A program made the position numbers and the translations under genes. From positions 368,372 to 432,371 of the forward strand of contig NW_008246099.1 of assembly GCF_000281045.1 (NCBI RefSeq): DNA of 64,000 nucleotides, given 5' to 3'. The number at the start of each line of letters is the position of its first letter. Within the stretch, counting starts at the first letter, position 1. Shown here piece by piece: positions 63,043 to 64,000 of the stretch. Under the pieces are notes generated by a model. It did not search any database. It was not told where the DNA came from and saw nothing but the letters and a program-made list of their open reading frames with translations. Source of the DNA: Saprolegnia diclina VS20. Its lineage: Eukaryota.

Positions 63043-64000
63043 CTATGGTGCCATCTTCTTGCGAGGTTGGTCCGTGGCGTCCTGGAGCTTTCGCTTGCCT
63101 TTGCCGCGCTTGGACTCGGCGAGCTCGGCCGTGCAACGGACACACGTGCACGTAAAGTTGTAGCGGGAGCGGAGGTCGGCTTGGCGCGCACCCACTGGTG
63201 CGTGGCGCTCGATGTACGAGATGGTGAGCTCGTCGCCAGGAGCAACGTCCTGCGTCGTGAAGACCGTGATGTCCGTCTCGTTGACGTACGTGAAGCCGCA
63301 GTTGGGCGCGCACGAGTGGTTGAGCATCGAAAAGCGGGGGAAGAGTGCGGTCCCATCCATGGACGGGAACGCCGACGAATTGAACTCAATGTCGCAGCTG
63401 TCGTCCGCCGTGGACCACACAAAATGAATGTCCTCGTCTTCGTCGTCCGAGCCATTGCCGTCGTCGTTTGACGTTGCTCGCTTCCGGTCGTCCGTGGCGT
63501 CCGTGGCGTCTGTCGCATCCGTCGCGTTGTCCGAAGCGTCATCGGACTCGTCCTCTGATTCGTCGTCTTCCGATGACTCGACTTCCGAGTCGCACTCGTC
63601 TGCGTCCCCCATGTGACACAGCTTCTGGAGCACGCGCTCCAGCAGCGGCGCGGCTTGGGCGACCAGGTCCGCCTTTGCAGCGGGATCGCCCTCGCACGAG
63701 AGAAAGTAGGGCACAATGGGCGACGGGACATCGACACCAACAGCGTTGACCTTGGCCCGCCCGAGGAGCCCCACGAAAAAGTTCAAGTCGACGTGGGCTT
63801 GGAACACAGCAAAGACTTTGGACTTGGAAGAGAACGCACGCAGCACGTACGCATGCGCGGCTGACGCGACGTCCGCGTCGATCATCTTGGCAAGCAAGGG
63901 ACACTCTTCGAGGTGCAAAATATCGTGGACGGCGGCTTCCCAGTCGAGAGTGCCCGACGACCGCGCTTGTACGTAGAGTCGGTAGTAGATACGCGCGAGG
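63043..64000 (-). CDS. SET-domain lysine methyltransferase (SMYD-like), 5'-truncated by the window
   Basis: GTALF..SMLNHSCAPN..GDELTISYI..YNFTCTCVRC (post-SET). Acidic insertion inside the SET domain. Confidence 0.88.
   Translation of the reverse strand, partial: LARIYYRLYVQARSSGTLDWEAAVHDILHLEECPLLAKMIDADVASAAHAYVLRAFSSKSKVFAVFQAHVDLNFFVGLLGRAKVNAVGVDVPSPIVPYFLSCEGDPAAKADLVAQAAPLLERVLQKLCHMGDADECDSEVESSEDDESEDESDDASDNATDATDATDATDDRKRATSNDDGNGSDDEDEDIHFVWSTADDSCDIEFNSSAFPSMDGTALFPRFSMLNHSCAPNCGFTYVNETDITVFTTQDVAPGDELTISYIERHAPVGARQADLRSRYNFTCTCVRCTAELAESKRGKGKRKLQDATDQPRKKMAP

Noticed and set aside
63480..63600. 9-nt repeats and acidic run in the SET gene
   Set aside because: Low-complexity coding insertion (DATDATDAT). 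Acidic inserts are common in SMYD-type proteins.

Overview
Gene-dense, GC-rich eukaryotic DNA with many very short GT-AG introns (about 35-55 nt). Gene content and architecture suggest an oomycete, probably Saprolegniales (inference). I reconstructed about 35 spliced protein-coding genes by hand. Housekeeping genes include PNO1, PSMA2, NDUFS4, kinesin-8, a CaMK, a DHHC palmitoyltransferase, UPRT, a PCMTD-like protein, an AN1 zinc-finger protein, a MYB and a SET-domain protein. There are two local paralog expansions: three MRS2/CorA Mg2+ channels and three DUF1769 genes. I saw no rRNA, no confident tRNA, no CRISPR array and no intact transposon. The most notable observations are: a 5-nt micro-exon carrying the catalytic Cys of the DHHC enzyme; a BED-type zinc finger fused to an intact UPRT; a PI4-kinase with an N-terminal 4-TM (possibly MENTAL-like) module; a signal-peptide-bearing Torsin-like AAA+ ATPase with a ClpB-type GAR sensor-2; a tiny secreted single-Sushi protein; one large RCC1/Zn-finger/IQ-WW gene; a recurrent paired T(A/G)TCCGG promoter motif; and a small accessory island with YYEANKEK-repeat genes and a possible RT remnant. 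All exon boundaries and family calls were made by eye without database searches.
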